Part shown: positions 62,528 to 64,000 of the stretch, in pieces | Numbering within the stretch: the stretch's first letter is position 1 | Layout: the number at the start of each line of letters is the position of its first letter | DNA from: Cyanobacteria bacterium P01_A01_bin.123 | GTDB lineage: Bacteria > Cyanobacteriota > Cyanobacteriia > Phormidesmidales > Phormidesmidaceae | Direction of reading: 5' to 3' | DNA: 64,000 nt | NCBI GenBank assembly: GCA_039815185.1 | Contig: JBCBZT010000008.1 | Location: forward strand, 128,001-192,000 | Notes under the pieces: generated by a model | Seen by the model: the letters and a program-made list of their open reading frames with translations, nothing else | Database searches by the model: none | Told to the model about the DNA's origin: nothing | Translations under genes and position numbers: made by a program

Positions 62528-64000
62528 CTAACCCACAAAATTGACAGCACTGCCGTTTAGATCGACTTGGTCACCCTGCACGACTGCGACTAAATCTTGA
62601 GTTGAGAACCAGAAAAAGTCTTGGGTTTTATACAGGTATGTTGAGCTTCCCCAACTGTAAGCTCCATAGTCTTCAGCAGAACCATTCAATTGCAGCGTAT
62701 CTTCTTGACTATTGAAGTCTTTGATCAAGGCGTAGTCAAAGAAAAATCCGCCTGTGTAATAGACATCAGATTCATCGCCAAGCACAAAAGTATCAGCTCC
62801 ACCGCCACCGACGAGGATATCTTTTTCCCAACGACCTTGATCGATCCAACCTGTGCCATTCAAGAAGTCAGCGCCCTCACCGCCAGAGAGATAGTCAGAG
62901 CCTTCACCGCCGATTAGCTGATCCTGGCCTTCACCACCGGAGAGGAAATCATGACCGCGATTCCCATTGAGGTAGTCATCACCCTCTAAACCAATCAAAG
63001 TGTCATTTCCCCAACCGCCTCGGAAGACGTCTTGCCCCGCTGTACCTTCAATATAGTCGCCATAAAAGGTTGCGTTGAAAACTGAGACCGTGAAGGTCGT
63101 TTCAATAAAACTTCCGTCAGTATCCGTTGCTCGCAGGGTTAGATCAGTTCTACCATGGGCACCAGACCCATAGTCTAGGGTCAATGTGCCTGCTGCTTCA
63201 TCGATTGCGATATCTGCAAACAGAGAATCATCCGTATTGCCGACAAGGGTATAGGTCAAGTCACTATCTGCATCTTCAGCATCTTCAAATGCGCCAAATA
63301 AATCGATAATAGTATTCGGCGCATTATCAGTAACCTTGAAGCTTTCAATTCCACTGGTTGTGGGATCAGTGTTATCCGCAACTGGGTTAACAGTGACGGT
63401 CACGGTAGCGGTTGATTCGCCCTCTTGTCCGTCACTAATAGTGTAGTCAAAGCTCGCTTCGCCAAAGAAGTCTGCGTCAGGAGTGAAGATAACATTTCCA
63501 TTTCCATCTAAGCTAGCAGTCCCGTTAACTGCATTGCTGATGCCACTGAGGGTCAGCGTGTCGTTAACATCTACATCGCCGTCATTGCTGAGCAAATCTG
63601 TAATCGCAATCGTGACTGGACTATCTTCATCAGTAACTATGGTGTCATCCACTGCGGTGGGCGGTGTGTTAGCAGCCATCACGTACTCAAAATAAGTCGC
63701 ATTGAGATCCAGATCAGTGCCCGTTTGATTTGTCAGGATGGCGACTAATTCTCCGTTGTATCGAATCTCTACGTCAGGGCCAGATTGACTCAAACTGTAA
63801 TCGGTTGCCTCACCATGCAACTGAATAATGTCTTGATTAGAGGAGAAACCGTCGATCTGAACGTAATCGCTATCGCCGTTTGTAATGTAGTAGGCTTGGA
63901 CTTCATCGCCCAGGATTAAGCGATCGCTACCACCCCCACCATTCAGGACGTCTACTTCACCTGCCCCAGCGGCAGTACTATCGGTTCCACTGAGGGTGTC
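62528..64000 (-). CDS. C-terminal part of a large RTX calcium-binding / cadherin-like (Ig) surface protein; 5' end outside the window
   Basis: frame open to the window edge; PTAVDD..TDED, FTPDADFFG.ASFDYT, GG.G.D.L nonapeptides. Confidence 0.9.
   Translation of the reverse strand, partial: DTLSGTDSTAAGAGEVDVLNGGGGSDRLILGDEVQAYYITNGDSDYVQIDGFSSNQDIIQLHGEATDYSLSQSGPDVEIRYNGELVAILTNQTGTDLDLNATYFEYVMAANTPPTAVDDTIVTDEDSPVTIAITDLLSNDGDVDVNDTLTLSGISNAVNGTASLDGNGNVIFTPDADFFGEASFDYTISDGQEGESTATVTVTVNPVADNTDPTTSGIESFKVTDNAPNTIIDLFGAFEDAEDADSDLTYTLVGNTDDSLFADIAIDEAAGTLTLDYGSGAHGRTDLTLRATDTDGSFIETTFTVSVFNATFYGDYIEGTAGQDVFRGGWGNDTLIGLEGDDYLNGNRGHDFLSGGEGQDQLIGGEGSDYLSGGEGADFLNGTGWIDQGRWEKDILVGGGGADTFVLGDESDVYYTGGFFFDYALIKDFNSQEDTLQLNGSAEDYGAYSWGSSTYLYKTQDFFWFSTQDLVAVVQGDQVDLNGSAVNFVG

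Overview
Cyanobacterial chromosome segment. Evidence: frequent HIP1 GCGATCGC octamers plus ycf3, ycf37, pxcA and sqdB/sqdX. Gene style suggests a filamentous Leptolyngbyaceae/Nodosilinea-like strain (inference). Core genes: aa3 cytochrome c oxidase ctaCDE, sulfolipid sqdBX, rpmI-rplT, a two-domain PTPS/QueD, Mn-SOD, pxcA, gatC, ycf3, coaBC and trmB. Three accessory blocks are present. (1) About 17.9-35.6 kb: a serine hydrolase, an SLH/beta-propeller protein and a PAS/GAF-GGDEF-EAL protein; an AT-richer, largely non-coding tract carrying a caspase-STAND NTPase-TM gene that lacks a C-terminal sensor; and a cluster of two PLP dehydratase/racemase-fold enzymes, a YgeA-type racemase, a cupin and a GNAT. 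(2) About 57-62.3 kb: an ArsR-SRPBCC-ECF42 sigma-DGPF/YciI-DUF899-VOC island that is partly decaying. (3) The 3' end of an RTX/cadherin-like adhesin. Signals outside the ORF track include a glutamine (glnA-class) riboswitch before a DUF4278/PirA-like gene, a 46-bp perfect palindrome over the ArsR promoter, an ECF42-type promoter, a MITE-like family, phased TCAG boxes between a two-component system and a DedA/MscS operon, and several unannotated gene remnants. No CRISPR array, tRNA, rRNA or intact transposase was seen. All family calls come from motif recognition by eye, not database searches.
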